From a virus (taxonomy: Duplodnaviria > Caudoviricetes): a stretch of 55,483 nucleotides of DNA. Below, one piece after another: positions 35,033 to 44,833 of this stretch. The DNA is taken from IMG/VR virus record IMGVR_UViG_3300015192_000002, positions 1-55,483 of that record; one strand, given 5' to 3'. The notes under the pieces were generated by a model that was not told where the DNA came from, ran no database searches, and was given only the letters and a program-made list of their open reading frames with translations. Made by a program: the position numbers and the translations under genes. Each line of letters begins with the position of its first letter. Position 1 is the first letter of the stretch.

Positions 35033-36702
35033 CACTCCTCCTCCTTCGCTGCGGGCTGGGCGGCGGTGGCGTTGCAGACGCACGGCGGACTGCCCTGCTC
35101 GTAGTGCCCGGTCGTGCAGCCGTAGCTGTTGTGGCAGACCCATGCATGACCACACGACGGGCAGGTGGCAGGAGCGTGTTCGCCGGTCATGGCCAGCGTC
35201 GTTGCCACCAGCGCCACCGTCGCGGGCACCGCGCGCCCCACGTCAGCAGGAGGCTGCTTTTCAGGGGTGCTCCGGCCCCCTGCGGGCTGGGCGGCTCTGC
35301 TCTCGGACGCGGGCTGGGCGGCGGGAGCGGCGTAGGTGTCCTGCGGAAACGGCGCGGGCTGGGCGGCGGGCTCTCTCAGACGGCGGCGCGCCCCCTCAAC
35401 ATCCCCCCACGACAAGCCCACCAGCGGCCACGCCCTGTCGCAGACGCAATGTCCCTGACCCGCGCAGTCCGTCGTGTGGCTCGACAGGAAGTCCAGAATC
35501 ACCCGCTCATAAGCGGACGGCCCGGCGGCGCTGCTCTCGGACGCGGACGCGGGCGGGGGAGAGGCGAGGGTAGCCAACACGGTCACCGACGCGCCGTTGA
35601 TCGTTGGCACTGGGTGATCGTCGCAGCGCGGCACCCTGGAATCGCTACCGCCCACGGCTCCGGTGACGACGATGCGGTAGATTCGCGTGGCTGGTCGGCC
35701 GCAGACGATGCAGCGCTCTCGCGGGGCATCGGGGCACGGCCCGGCTTCGCGCATGGACGGCGGCGAGTCGTGGAGCGTGTAGTGCCTTTCGCCGTCGCAA
35801 CTCTGGGTAGGCGGAACGTGCGGCGGGGGCGAGGCGAGGGCGGCGCGGGCGAGGACCGCACGGATGCTGGCGGAGCAGGAGTCGGCCTCCGCCGCCTTCG
35901 AGAACCAGCGGTCGCCCTTGGAGCCGCCGCGCGTCCGTTGCAGATAGGCGTAGCCGTCCACGAAATGCAGGGCGTCGGCGAGTTGGGTCTGCGCTTGCTG
36001 ATTCCACTCCCGCAGCCGCGCCACCTCGGCAACGGCAGCGTCGCGCTCCGCCTCCGCCTTCTCGGCGCGGGTGCGCTCGGCGGCGAGGAGCACCAGCGCC
36101 TCCTCCTCTCGCTGTACGGCCCCCACCAGGGCGTCGTGCTCGGCGGCCAGTTGGCCGCGCAGCCGCGCCACCTCGGCAACGGCTGCGTCGCGTGACTCTT
36201 CCGCGTCCTGCCGCTGCCCCGCTTCTGCCACCTGATTCAGCCAGAGCAAGCGCACGCGCTCCGGCAGTGGGCTCGTTTCGTACCACCACGAGTCAGGCAG
36301 TTCTGCCGCGATGGCCTTCAACTCCCCTTCCGCCTTCTCGGCTCGGGCGCGGGCGATGTCGTAATCGTCCGCCGCGTTGTCGGCCGCCTCGGTCACATGG
36401 GCCACTACCCGCTTTGCCTCGGCCAACTCCCCTTCCGCCTTCTCTCGCGCGGTCCTCTCGGCGGCGAGATGATCGCAGGCTTTGTAGTACGCGGCCCGCG
36501 CTCGGTCCCGCTCGGCTACTAACTCCGCACACATCTCCTCCCCGCGCCGCTCGGAGTGCGCCAGATCGGCGCGCAGGCAGCAGATGCAGTCGCACGGGTG
36601 CTCCGTCGTCCCGAGGCACTTGTCGTGCCCGAACGACTGCGGAGCGCAGCAGGAGGAGCACACGTAGTCCTGGAGCGCGGTGCGCAGGTCGCTGTCGTTC
36701 AT
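35032..36702 (-). CDS. Mosaic coiled-coil/Cys-rich early protein
   Basis: Repeated AEKAEGEL and RDAAVAEVARLR units; several small Cys/His motifs. Confidence 0.6.
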   Translation of the reverse strand: MNDSDLRTALQDYVCSSCCAPQSFGHDKCLGTTEHPCDCICCLRADLAHSERRGEEMCAELVAERDRARAAYYKACDHLAAERTAREKAEGELAEAKRVVAHVTEAADNAADDYDIARARAEKAEGELKAIAAELPDSWWYETSPLPERVRLLWLNQVAEAGQRQDAEESRDAAVAEVARLRGQLAAEHDALVGAVQREEEALVLLAAERTRAEKAEAERDAAVAEVARLREWNQQAQTQLADALHFVDGYAYLQRTRGGSKGDRWFSKAAEADSCSASIRAVLARAALASPPPHVPPTQSCDGERHYTLHDSPPSMREAGPCPDAPRERCIVCGRPATRIYRIVVTGAVGGSDSRVPRCDDHPVPTINGASVTVLATLASPPPASASESSAAGPSAYERVILDFLSSHTTDCAGQGHCVCDRAWPLVGLSWGDVEGARRRLREPAAQPAPFPQDTYAAPAAQPASESRAAQPAGGRSTPEKQPPADVGRAVPATVALVATTLAMTGEHAPATCPSCGHAWVCHNSYGCTTGHYEQGSPPCVCNATAAQPAAKEEE

Positions 36703-37001
36703 GGAATCCTCCCTGCGGCGCGGAGGGCGGCGCGGGCGTCGGTCTGGATGGCCTTGAGGAAGTCCGCCACGTCCTGCGGATCGCCCAGGTCAACGTAGGC
36801 GACGAGGTCTTCCAGCGTGTCCGCCAGCGTCGGGGCGGCGGCGATCAGGGCGGCATCCGCAGCGCACCCAACGGTGCCGTATATTTCCGATACAATGACA
36901 TTGCCGCCCACAGGTCCGGCGCCGCGCGCGGTAACGACCCATCTGTTGTAGCCGCCGTGGCTGGCGGTCCACGGCCCCGGCGTGCCCTTGGCGTTGCTCA
37001 T
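36699..37001 (-). CDS. Hypothetical phage protein
   Basis: TPGPW...ADAALIAAAP motif. Confidence 0.65.
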   Translation of the reverse strand: MSNAKGTPGPWTASHGGYNRWVVTARGAGPVGGNVIVSEIYGTVGCAADAALIAAAPTLADTLEDLVAYVDLGDPQDVADFLKAIQTDARAALRAAGRIP

Positions 37002-37516
37002 TTGCCTTCTCCCTGGTCAGCCTTCGCCGCCTCACCCTCGATGTGCCCAAAAGGAACCGGGCGCAGCGCAGCGGGCAGGTAGAGCGGGTGCGATGGGTGC
37101 CCGTCTTTCGTCAGCCGCAGGCAGTGCAGCGGGGGTCGCTCATAACGCAGGGCTGTGAGCGTGCGATCCGCTTGGTCCCGCGCGAATCGTTGCGCACCCC
37201 ATGCGCAGACCACGATGCCCGCCATGCGCGCCGCCTCCCCGACGTGGAACAGGTTGAGCGGCCCGACCGGATCGGGATGCCCGACCAGCATGCGCGGATC
37301 CGTCGAGCGCAGCGCGAAGAGGTTGACGACGGCGAGGCCGCCGTAGCCCCACGCCTTCGCGTAGCCGACGCAGCGGCGGATGGTGGGATCGTCCTGCGTC
37401 TCGTCGGCCGTGGACGGGTTCAGCATGACGAAGAGGGCGTGCGGCTGTGTCGCGTCCCAGATGCGCAGCAGGCGGTAGCGGTATCGGCCGCAGTCGGAAA
37501 TGATCGCGCTCGTCAT
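36998..37516 (-). CDS. DUF1643 family protein
   Basis: AIISDCGRYRY.L.R.W, FVMLNPSTAD, DDPTIRRC, NLFALRST, HPLY. Confidence 0.88.
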   Translation of the reverse strand: MTSAIISDCGRYRYRLLRIWDATQPHALFVMLNPSTADETQDDPTIRRCVGYAKAWGYGGLAVVNLFALRSTDPRMLVGHPDPVGPLNLFHVGEAARMAGIVVCAWGAQRFARDQADRTLTALRYERPPLHCLRLTKDGHPSHPLYLPAALRPVPFGHIEGEAAKADQGEGK

Positions 37517-37884
37517 TGCGCACCCTCGGGGCCGGAAGGCGGGGACGAGAGGGCGCGGGCAAGCGACGCAGCATCCGTGAAGGCGTCGGCGCGACCGATC
37601 CAATACGCTTGAGTAACGGCGGTCGTGGCCCCACCGCGCTCGACGGCACAGATTGCGGAATGCCGCTTCATCTCGGCCGCCAGCTCCCGCAGCGCCGTGT
37701 CTGCCGGGGGTGGCGCAGCAGGCGTCAGCGCTCGGCGGGCGAGGGCGAGGAGGGTGGGCAGCTTGCGCATGACCTCGCCCATGCGCGGGCCGGGGTCAGC
37801 GAAGGGCGCGCCTCCGTTCCAGTCCGCCACCACCCGCTCCAGCCGCTCCACTTCTTCCAGCGTCAGGTCTTCGCTCTCGCTCAT
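37513..37884 (-). CDS. Hypothetical protein
   Basis: Coupled ORF in the leftward operon. Confidence 0.45.
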   Translation of the reverse strand: MSESEDLTLEEVERLERVVADWNGGAPFADPGPRMGEVMRKLPTLLALARRALTPAAPPPADTALRELAAEMKRHSAICAVERGGATTAVTQAYWIGRADAFTDAASLARALSSPPSGPEGAQ

Positions 37885-38073
37885 AGCTTCACCCTCGTCA
37901 GCCGCAGTTCGGTCCGCATCGACACCAGATCCATCAACCGCCTCCGCAGGGTGCGGCACTGGTTGACGTACCCGCGCCGCTCCTGCACCCGCAGCAACTC
38001 TTGAGTGGATGCGTCCGCAATGCGGAGCGCCCTGTCCAGCAGGATGCGCAGGTCTTCGGGGGTGGGGGTGGGG

Positions 38074-38682
38074 TCAGCCATTGGTGGGCTTCCTTGCGAG
38101 AGCGGCCGGGACGAATAGCGGCGCATCGTCGGCCACGCCCCGGATCGGCATGACCGCCGCGAGCCAGCCATCCGCCCGGAAGATGTACGGCGCGAACTCG
38201 CCGGAGTGGCCCACCCGCAGGGCGGTCACGCCCTCCGGCACCGTGCAGAGCACGCGCGAGAGCAGCATCCGGTTGAGCGCGCCGCGGAGCAGCTTCCCGC
38301 CACGGATGCCCTCGATCTTGCGACCCAACGAATCGCACTCGCCGCAATACCGCCCGCGCTCGGACTGGCCGTAATACGCGGCGTACGGCGGCTTGCCATT
38401 GCATTTTGGGCAGACGCTCTCCGACGGATACGGCAGCCCCGCCCATTCGCGCAGCGCCGACAGTTGCGCGGTGTGCTCAGGCGGCGGCTCAACGGCGATG
38501 ATAGCCCTTGCGTCGGGACCGTCGCTGCGCAGCTCGCCGTCGTAGTGCAGCGCCGCGAGCAGGTGGCCGTCGGTGCCGGCCGCCCATGCCCTATCCTCGA
38601 AAAGCATCTTGAAGGGCGTGGCGATGGTGGCGCGGTCGCCGCCCGTGTAGCAGATGGTCTGCAGCGTATCGAGCACCGTCAC
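38074..38682 (-). CDS. Hypothetical protein with a zinc-finger insert (beta-clamp-fragment-like)
   Basis: GTDGH.L, CPKC.G, CGEC, AAVMP.R. Confidence 0.55.
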   Translation of the reverse strand: MTVLDTLQTICYTGGDRATIATPFKMLFEDRAWAAGTDGHLLAALHYDGELRSDGPDARAIIAVEPPPEHTAQLSALREWAGLPYPSESVCPKCNGKPPYAAYYGQSERGRYCGECDSLGRKIEGIRGGKLLRGALNRMLLSRVLCTVPEGVTALRVGHSGEFAPYIFRADGWLAAVMPIRGVADDAPLFVPAALARKPTNG

Positions 38683-38863
38683 GGTGTCTCTCCTTTGACT
38701 GCGCGGCCCTTGCGCCCCTCGGCGCGCTCCCGGAACTCGACGGCCAGCGCACGGAATGCCGCCTGCAACGGGCGCGTGAAGAGGACAGCGCGCGAGTACA
38801 TCTCGGCAGCGGACGCCATGTTGATCAGCGCCGCTCGCATTGCGTTGGTGCGCGTGGCCGGTT

Positions 38864-39472
38864 TCATTGCGCGGCCTCCAGGTATTCATTCAGCGCGTCC
38901 CGCAGCGCCTCCACGTCCGAGTTCGTCAGCAGCACCGACTCCACCTTCCCGGTGCAGTGGACCGCCGCGACCTCGAACAGCACGCCGTCACCGCTCGCGC
39001 GGATGTGGTCGATCCCATAGCCCCACTCGCGCTTCATGTAGACGCGCCCGTACGGCTCGGGCTTGGGCTGGTGCTCCTTCAGCGACCAGCCGCACTCCTT
39101 GCACCCCGGGTTCAGCCGCTCACGCAGGCGGTAGAGCCACGCGCGCGGGCCGCCGATCTTCCACCGCAGCGCTCGCAGTCGTTCAGGAAGCGGCGGCTTG
39201 ATCACGCGCCACGGTGCCTTCAACTTTCGCAGGTAGACTGGTCGCTCGGCGCGAATGCCATCGTTCACGGTGCCGGACGGCTCCGACGCCTCCTTGTCGA
39301 AGGCGGGGCACCGATCGGCGGGCTGGTCGCAGGGGATTCCGGCGTCGTTGTCGAATGTCATTCCGCCGATCAGCCCGTGCCCGCAGGAGCCCCAGCACAC
39401 CTCGGCCACCTTCAGGCCGATGGCCTCATGCGCCTGCAGCGGGATGACGTAGAGCCTGGGGAGATCAGCCAT
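38864..39472 (-). CDS. Hypothetical protein
   Basis: Coupled ORF in the leftward operon. Confidence 0.5.
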   Translation of the reverse strand: MADLPRLYVIPLQAHEAIGLKVAEVCWGSCGHGLIGGMTFDNDAGIPCDQPADRCPAFDKEASEPSGTVNDGIRAERPVYLRKLKAPWRVIKPPLPERLRALRWKIGGPRAWLYRLRERLNPGCKECGWSLKEHQPKPEPYGRVYMKREWGYGIDHIRASGDGVLFEVAAVHCTGKVESVLLTNSDVEALRDALNEYLEAAQ

Positions 39473-40223
39473 CGGCCGCCTCCCTCTTCTTCAATCCCCG
39501 CCGCCCCTTCGTCGGCCGCAGCTCCGGATACCTCTCGGCCAGCCACTCCGCCCTGACCGACACGGGAGCAGCTCGATGCAGGGCGCACACGCAGTCCGCG
39601 CGCTCGCCCAAACCTTGGTTCGGGCATTCAGGAGCTAGGCAATTCAGGAAGAGAGCAGGGGCTGTTTCCGGCTCGCGCGCCCCATCCTTCTCCGCGTCGA
39701 AGGCATCACCGCATGATGTTGCGCGGTTCTCCTCCGGCGAGTCGCGGCGATCCGAGGCGGTCCCGGGTACAGCCTCGCCGTGCACGGTGCCGCTATCGGC
39801 CAGCCTCTCCCCTCTCGGCGGAATGTCTTGCGCGGCTTGAGCCGGATTCGCCGGTGGCGATGGTTCGGCTGCCGGCGGGACCGCGCACCCGTTCGGCTTT
39901 TCGGAAGGAAGATCCTCGGCGGCACCCTCGCCCATGGAGGCACGGGGGGGCGGGCCGCCTGACTCGGATGCCGCCGAGGAAGGGTTGAGCGCTGCTCGGA
40001 TCGCGGCGAGTTGTGCCTCCGCCGCCCGAAGCGCCGCCTGCAGTGCGTCCAGTTCTTGGGCCTGCAGCGTCTCTGCGATATGCCGCCACGAGTCGCGGTC
40101 CTCGCGCAGGACATCCACCTCCTCCAACGCCCGGAGAACCATCTCTCTCGCTTCTGGAGTGAGAAACGTGCCAGCCTGCGGCGCGGCGAGAAGGTGGATC
40201 GCTTGGTCGTGGACTGCGCCCAT
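39465..40223 (-). CDS. Hypothetical protein with a low-complexity centre
   Basis: Coupled ORF; coiled-coil N-terminus. Confidence 0.5.
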   Translation of the reverse strand: MGAVHDQAIHLLAAPQAGTFLTPEAREMVLRALEEVDVLREDRDSWRHIAETLQAQELDALQAALRAAEAQLAAIRAALNPSSAASESGGPPPRASMGEGAAEDLPSEKPNGCAVPPAAEPSPPANPAQAAQDIPPRGERLADSGTVHGEAVPGTASDRRDSPEENRATSCGDAFDAEKDGAREPETAPALFLNCLAPECPNQGLGERADCVCALHRAAPVSVRAEWLAERYPELRPTKGRRGLKKREAADG

Positions 40224-40225
40224 CG

Positions 40226-41419
40226 CTAGCCCGCCTTCCCGAGAGCCCTGGGCTTGTGGGCCTTCACCTCGACCCCGCGCCTGGTCGTGATGCCGCCGGC
40301 CGCCTCGATCTCCTCAAGGAGCATCCGCAGCGTCGGCGCCACCTTCTCGCCGCGCGCTTTGACGCTCGGCTTGATCAGGCTCTCGATCGCTTCCTGGCTC
40401 GCCTTCACAGGCAGCGCGCTCGCATCCCCTGCGTTGCCGAGGAACTTGGCGAGCACCGCCCGCGCCTTCACTCCGTCAATCTCTCGCGACGTCGTCTCGA
40501 CCGGCCCGTAGACCATGCCGTTCGCCAGCGCGATCGGATGCTCTGCCGCGTACATCTTGAGAACGTCTTTCGCGCGCCTTGCCGCCTGCTCCACCAGCGG
40601 GATGCGCTCGACAAGCAGCCTCGCCGTGTCGTCCGTGAGCGCCGCCGCCATGGCCGCCGCGTCGCCGTCGGCCAGCACCATGCTCACCTGGCCGCGGATC
40701 TCCGGGCAGGCGCTGAACGCAGGGCAGTAGGTGCAATGCGGCCCAGCCACCAGCGTCGGCGCCTTCCCTGCGGCCACCGCCTCCCGCTCGCGGATGATGG
40801 TGAGCGCGAGCCGCCGCAGGTCGTCCGAGTCGCGCTCGAGATCGAACGGCCCCAGCCCGAGGGACTTCTTCCAGGGCTTGCCTTCGTCGTTGAGCCTGAT
40901 GATCTCGATCGTGGCCGCAGAACGTCCCCACGCCGCGGTCGCCGCTCTTGCAAGGAAGCGGAGCTGTCGGTGCTTCTCCAGCGGCGGGGCCGTGACCTCG
41001 TATCGGTGGCCGGTCTTGTAGTCCCCGATGTAGACCCCGTCGTCCTGCTCCAGTGAGCCGACATCCGCCGTGCCGGCGATCTCCGTCTTGCCCAACTCGC
41101 CGTAGCGCCTCCTGGTCGCCCGCCCCAGCTCGCGCGCCTTGCCGGTCTCGACGTCGTAGGCGAACGCCACCTCCTGCACGTAGGCTCCGCTTTCGAGCGG
41201 CAGCCGCGAGAGGTCGATCTCCTCACAGACCGCCCGCAGGCCCGCGTCGCCGATTTCCTCGAGCGCGGCCTCGCGCCCAACCTTCGGCACCCGCTCGAGG
41301 AATGCATGAACCCCTGTCCCGTGCTCCGATGCCGGACGGACCCGCTCCACATGGGGGAGCGTTTCCGAGCCGGGGCAGACCTCGGCGCGCTGCAATCCGC
41401 TGGCGCTGGGCAGGTTCAC
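40226..41419 (-). CDS. PD-(D/E)XK exonuclease (Cas4-like/DUF2800 type)
   Basis: SAS...CPGS, GT.VH, GTAD, DYKTG, QL, CTYCPA...CP. Confidence 0.85.
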   Translation of the reverse strand: MNLPSASGLQRAEVCPGSETLPHVERVRPASEHGTGVHAFLERVPKVGREAALEEIGDAGLRAVCEEIDLSRLPLESGAYVQEVAFAYDVETGKARELGRATRRRYGELGKTEIAGTADVGSLEQDDGVYIGDYKTGHRYEVTAPPLEKHRQLRFLARAATAAWGRSAATIEIIRLNDEGKPWKKSLGLGPFDLERDSDDLRRLALTIIREREAVAAGKAPTLVAGPHCTYCPAFSACPEIRGQVSMVLADGDAAAMAAALTDDTARLLVERIPLVEQAARRAKDVLKMYAAEHPIALANGMVYGPVETTSREIDGVKARAVLAKFLGNAGDASALPVKASQEAIESLIKPSVKARGEKVAPTLRMLLEEIEAAGGITTRRGVEVKAHKPRALGKAG

Positions 41420-42324
41420 GGCTGCCCCTTCGCGAGAGACGCCCTCTTCGCGTCGAATCCCGGCTTGAGCGCCCGCTGGTCTTCCCTGCTCAGCCGCTGC
41501 AGGTCGGGGACGAGCTTCTCCAGGCCGGCGAGGGTCTGCGCTTCTTCGATGGCCGCGGCGAGTTTGTCCGCGTCCGACACCGGGTCTCCCTGCGGCGGGT
41601 CCGCGGCAGGCCGGGGTGCCTGTATCGCCTCCTTGGCTGGCTCGGTTCCGTTCTGCGCCGGGGTCGCTGCGGCGGCGGGCCGTGCCGGCAGCGGCTCGGA
41701 GTGGGCCACGTCCACCGGGGCCGGCGGTGCCGACCGGAGCCGGGTGGGGATCGGTCCGTTGACCTCGATTTCCGCCGCCTCGCTCTCTTCGTAGACCCCG
41801 AAGAAAAGCTCTTCGTAGACCTCCTTGCAGAGAGAAGACTTGCAGCGGTTGCGGAGCATCCGGGCTGGGTAGGACTTCCACGGCCCCTTCTTGTCGAGAA
41901 GCCCCGCTGCCTGCGCTTCCTCGATCGTGAAGGACATCTCCACGGGGGCCGGATCGCCCTTGCGCTTGGTCTCGTAGGTGGCGACCCGCGCGCTGGACTC
42001 GACGAGCCGGAACCACTCGCAGATGTCCGCCTTCTTCGCGATCCCGACCATCGCGTCAGCGGAGAGCGACGGCTTGCCCTCGACGACGTGGATCCCCCGC
42101 ATCGACTGCATCGGGCTCCAGCCGAAGTCGCGTCCGGCCGCGATGGTCACGAAGATGTCCGCGACGTTCTCGAGCGCCCGCGGGACGAGCTTGCTCTGCC
42201 CGTAGTATTTCGCGAGGGTCCATGCCTCCGTCGCGTTCTCCGGCTCCCAGTGAACGATCGCCGTCGAGGCCCTGGCGGTCTGCTCCTGCGGCTTCTGCTG
42301 CTCGTGCGTCGCGTTCTCGCTCAT
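41416..42324 (-). CDS. RecT/Red-beta-like single-strand annealing protein
   Basis: IHVVEGKPSLSA, FTIEEA..AGL, W.SYP.RML..R; paired with the exonuclease. Confidence 0.8.
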   Translation of the reverse strand: MSENATHEQQKPQEQTARASTAIVHWEPENATEAWTLAKYYGQSKLVPRALENVADIFVTIAAGRDFGWSPMQSMRGIHVVEGKPSLSADAMVGIAKKADICEWFRLVESSARVATYETKRKGDPAPVEMSFTIEEAQAAGLLDKKGPWKSYPARMLRNRCKSSLCKEVYEELFFGVYEESEAAEIEVNGPIPTRLRSAPPAPVDVAHSEPLPARPAAAATPAQNGTEPAKEAIQAPRPAADPPQGDPVSDADKLAAAIEEAQTLAGLEKLVPDLQRLSREDQRALKPGFDAKRASLAKGQP

Positions 42325-42337
42325 CGCTTCCCCCTGG

Positions 42338-42640
42338 TCAGCACTGATCGTCCCCGCCTTCCGCTTCCCACCGGCCGCGTGCGTCCGCCTCTTCTGCTGC
42401 TCCCCGCTTGGCGTCGTCGCCACCACCAGCCTCCGCGTCGTCCTGCATCGCGGCCTTCTCGCTCTCGCTCGGCTCGCCTCCGATGCACTCTTCTCCTGGG
42501 AGGCAGGCCGGAAGGTGCCAGCAGTGCCCCTCGTCCAGCCTCCGATAGAGGGCATGCGAGTGCTTCCGCAGCGCCCGCATGATCCGGGGCATGAGCTTGG
42601 AGAGCAGCTCCATCTGTTCGGCGGAGTAGGGCGTGCTCAT
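42338..42640 (-). CDS. Hypothetical protein
   Basis: Coupled ORF. Confidence 0.4.
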   Translation of the reverse strand: MSTPYSAEQMELLSKLMPRIMRALRKHSHALYRRLDEGHCWHLPACLPGEECIGGEPSESEKAAMQDDAEAGGGDDAKRGAAEEADARGRWEAEGGDDQC

Positions 42641-42990
42641 TTGCGAGGCTCGCCAGTGCTCCAGCCGTCAGCCGGCAGATCCAGCGCTCCGCTCCTCAAT
42701 CCACCGCGCCCGACCGCAACCTCCACTCCAGCCCGCGCTCCGAAGGCGGGCCCTTCCTTTCCCACCAGCACCAGCCGCCGCACGTTCGCGGGTGCTGCCG
42801 CAGTCGCGGGCGGTGCCTCATCCGCGTGCAGCAGCCTGCGTCCCTCGCAGACCCAGCCGCCCAACTCCACCCGCCGATCGAGGTCCAGCGTCGGCCCGAG
42901 TTGTTGCACTGCCGAGTCCAGCATCGCCAGCAGTCGCCGTGCTTCTTCCCGGATGGCTGCTGTTGCCGTGTCTCGCTCGTAGGTGCTCAT
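42637..42990 (-). CDS. Hypothetical protein
   Basis: RBS plus coupled ORF. Confidence 0.45.
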   Translation of the reverse strand: MSTYERDTATAAIREEARRLLAMLDSAVQQLGPTLDLDRRVELGGWVCEGRRLLHADEAPPATAAAPANVRRLVLVGKEGPAFGARAGVEVAVGRGGLRSGALDLPADGWSTGEPRK

Positions 42991-43274
42991 GGATCATCCC
43001 TCCCCGGTCTTGTGCTTGCTCCACGCGAGCCGACGCCTTGCGCGGGCTGCGTCGTTCCTGGCGGCCACGTCGAGCCCGAACTCGGCGCGGTCCTCCTCGA
43101 ACTTCCGCCGCTCGTAGGGCGTGCTCGTCGGCTCGGAGTCGTCGGCCAGCATCCGCGCGTCTCGCTCGGCGTCAGTCTCCACCTTCGGCGTGCAGCTTTT
43201 CAGATGCCGCCCGTAGGCGAAGAAGTCGTCACCGAAAGCTGCCCGGCAATGCGCGTGAGGGCAGAGGAGGGGAC

Positions 43275-43523
43275 TCATTCGCCACGCTCGGCCATCGCGT
43301 CGTACGACCGCAGCGCCCTGTCGTTCTCCATGTCCCGCAGGAGCGAGCGATCTTCTTCGGAGAGCCTGTACTCCTCCGCAGTCGAGAGGCCGCATCCGCC
43401 AGCGATGAAGCGAGGATCGGTCGCGTCTTCGTAGCCCAACGCGCGGGCCAAGCTGTAGGTCGCCCGATCGACCGCGGTCGGCTCCACGAACAGCAGCGAG
43501 GCCACCATGCCGGAGGCGCGCAT
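43275..43523 (-). CDS. Hypothetical protein
   Basis: GGAGG RBS; abuts the upstream stop. Confidence 0.45.
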   Translation of the reverse strand: MRASGMVASLLFVEPTAVDRATYSLARALGYEDATDPRFIAGGCGLSTAEEYRLSEEDRSLLRDMENDRALRSYDAMAERGE

Positions 43524-43802
43524 CTAGGCCTCCGCCCCGGCCTGCGTCGGCACCACCACCCGCGATGCTGCCCCCCGGAAGAATGCGATCACCGCCTGCT
43601 GCGTGAGGAGCGAGGGCATCGGCCTCCCCGCCTTCTCCGCCGCCAGCTTCCAGAAGTCCTGCCCTGCGGCTTCCAGCTTCTCGACGAAGGCTGGCGAGAG
43701 CACGTCCTCTCCGTGCGCTACTGCGTCCACCATGATCGCCGCCGCCAGCGCCATCGCCTTCTGTGCTCGCCCCGCGACCTCGTGCTGGCTTGACTTGTCC
43801 AT
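43524..43802 (-). CDS. First gene of the leftward operon, hypothetical
   Basis: First ORF downstream of PL. Confidence 0.55.
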   Translation of the reverse strand: MDKSSQHEVAGRAQKAMALAAAIMVDAVAHGEDVLSPAFVEKLEAAGQDFWKLAAEKAGRPMPSLLTQQAVIAFFRGAASRVVVPTQAGAEA

Positions 43803-43964
43803 GTGCCGCCCCCGTTTTGTGCTGCCCTCTCCCCGCCCCACCGGCCCCGTGCTCACCCTGCCGCCGGATTCCCGCTCCACCCGCCCGCTTCCTTCAGCGC
43901 CCCGTTGTGCTCCCTCGGGTGTCTCGCTGACCGTCCAACCCCTGCCCCTCAACCGTGGTCGCAA

Positions 43965-44001
43965 GGTGCCACGAGGGCACCCATGGTGTCAAGCAGGCAC
44001 C
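43965..44001 (-). promoter_or_regulatory. PL with two operators
   Basis: TTGACA on - strand (43987-43992); GGTGCC-N5-GGCACC and GGTGTC-N5-GGCACC. Confidence 0.8.
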
Positions 44002-44054
44002 TTCGCTATCTCGCAAGGGCGCGGGTGCGCTACGGTTTCGGACAGGGGTCGCCA

Positions 44055-44717
44055 ATGACGAAGATGATCGCCGCCGCGTGCGTTCTTTCCGTGGTCGCCT
44101 GCAGCACCTTGACCCCCGCCCAGCGAGCCGCCGTGGAGCGGGATGCTCGGCAGTTGGTCGTCTGCAACGGCAAGGAAGACTGCGAGATCAAGTGGGCCAC
44201 CGCGCTCCGCTGGGTGCAGGACAACTCCCGGTGGAAGCTGCGGGCGGTGACAGACTCGCTGGTCACGACCGAGGGGCCGTTCGATACTCCGAGCGCGGCA
44301 TTCGAGGTGATGAAGTTCCCTCGCGGCGGCGGCTCCTACGAGTTCCAGTTCAGGGCGGCCTGCGGGAACATTTTTGGCTGCATCCCGGAGATCGTGGTCC
44401 TGGCCGCCGACTTCAACAACACCGTCGCGAACGCGGGAGCCCGCAAGGGCTGGAGCGCCGCCGACACAAGCGTCTTCATGGACCGTTGTCGCAAGGATTC
44501 AATCAAGGTCCACGGCGCATCGCGCACCCCGGAGCAACTGGAGTACGGGTGCTCTTGCCTCGGCCGTGGCTTGGAGGCTCGCTACTCGCTGCGCGAGTTC
44601 GGCGCCCTGATCAAGGACGAGGAGCGGCTCAAGCGCGAGGTTGCCGAGATCAACGCCGAGTGCCGGAAAGACCTGCCGCCTGGCAATGCGACACCCGCCC
44701 CCGCGGCGGGGCACTGA
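44055..44717 (+). CDS. Lipoprotein in the immunity region
   Basis: MTKMIAAACVLSVVA-C lipobox; several Cys pairs. Confidence 0.75.
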   Translation: MTKMIAAACVLSVVACSTLTPAQRAAVERDARQLVVCNGKEDCEIKWATALRWVQDNSRWKLRAVTDSLVTTEGPFDTPSAAFEVMKFPRGGGSYEFQFRAACGNIFGCIPEIVVLAADFNNTVANAGARKGWSAADTSVFMDRCRKDSIKVHGASRTPEQLEYGCSCLGRGLEARYSLREFGALIKDEERLKREVAEINAECRKDLPPGNATPAPAAGH

Positions 44718-44833
44718 TGGCGGCGCCGCCCCTCAGTCGAACGAGACGCACCTCGTAGGCGAGCGCGTGCTCTTCCTCTTCGACTGCCTGAACTTCGGTC
44801 GGATGATCTGCGCGTCGGTGGACGGCCAGAGTT

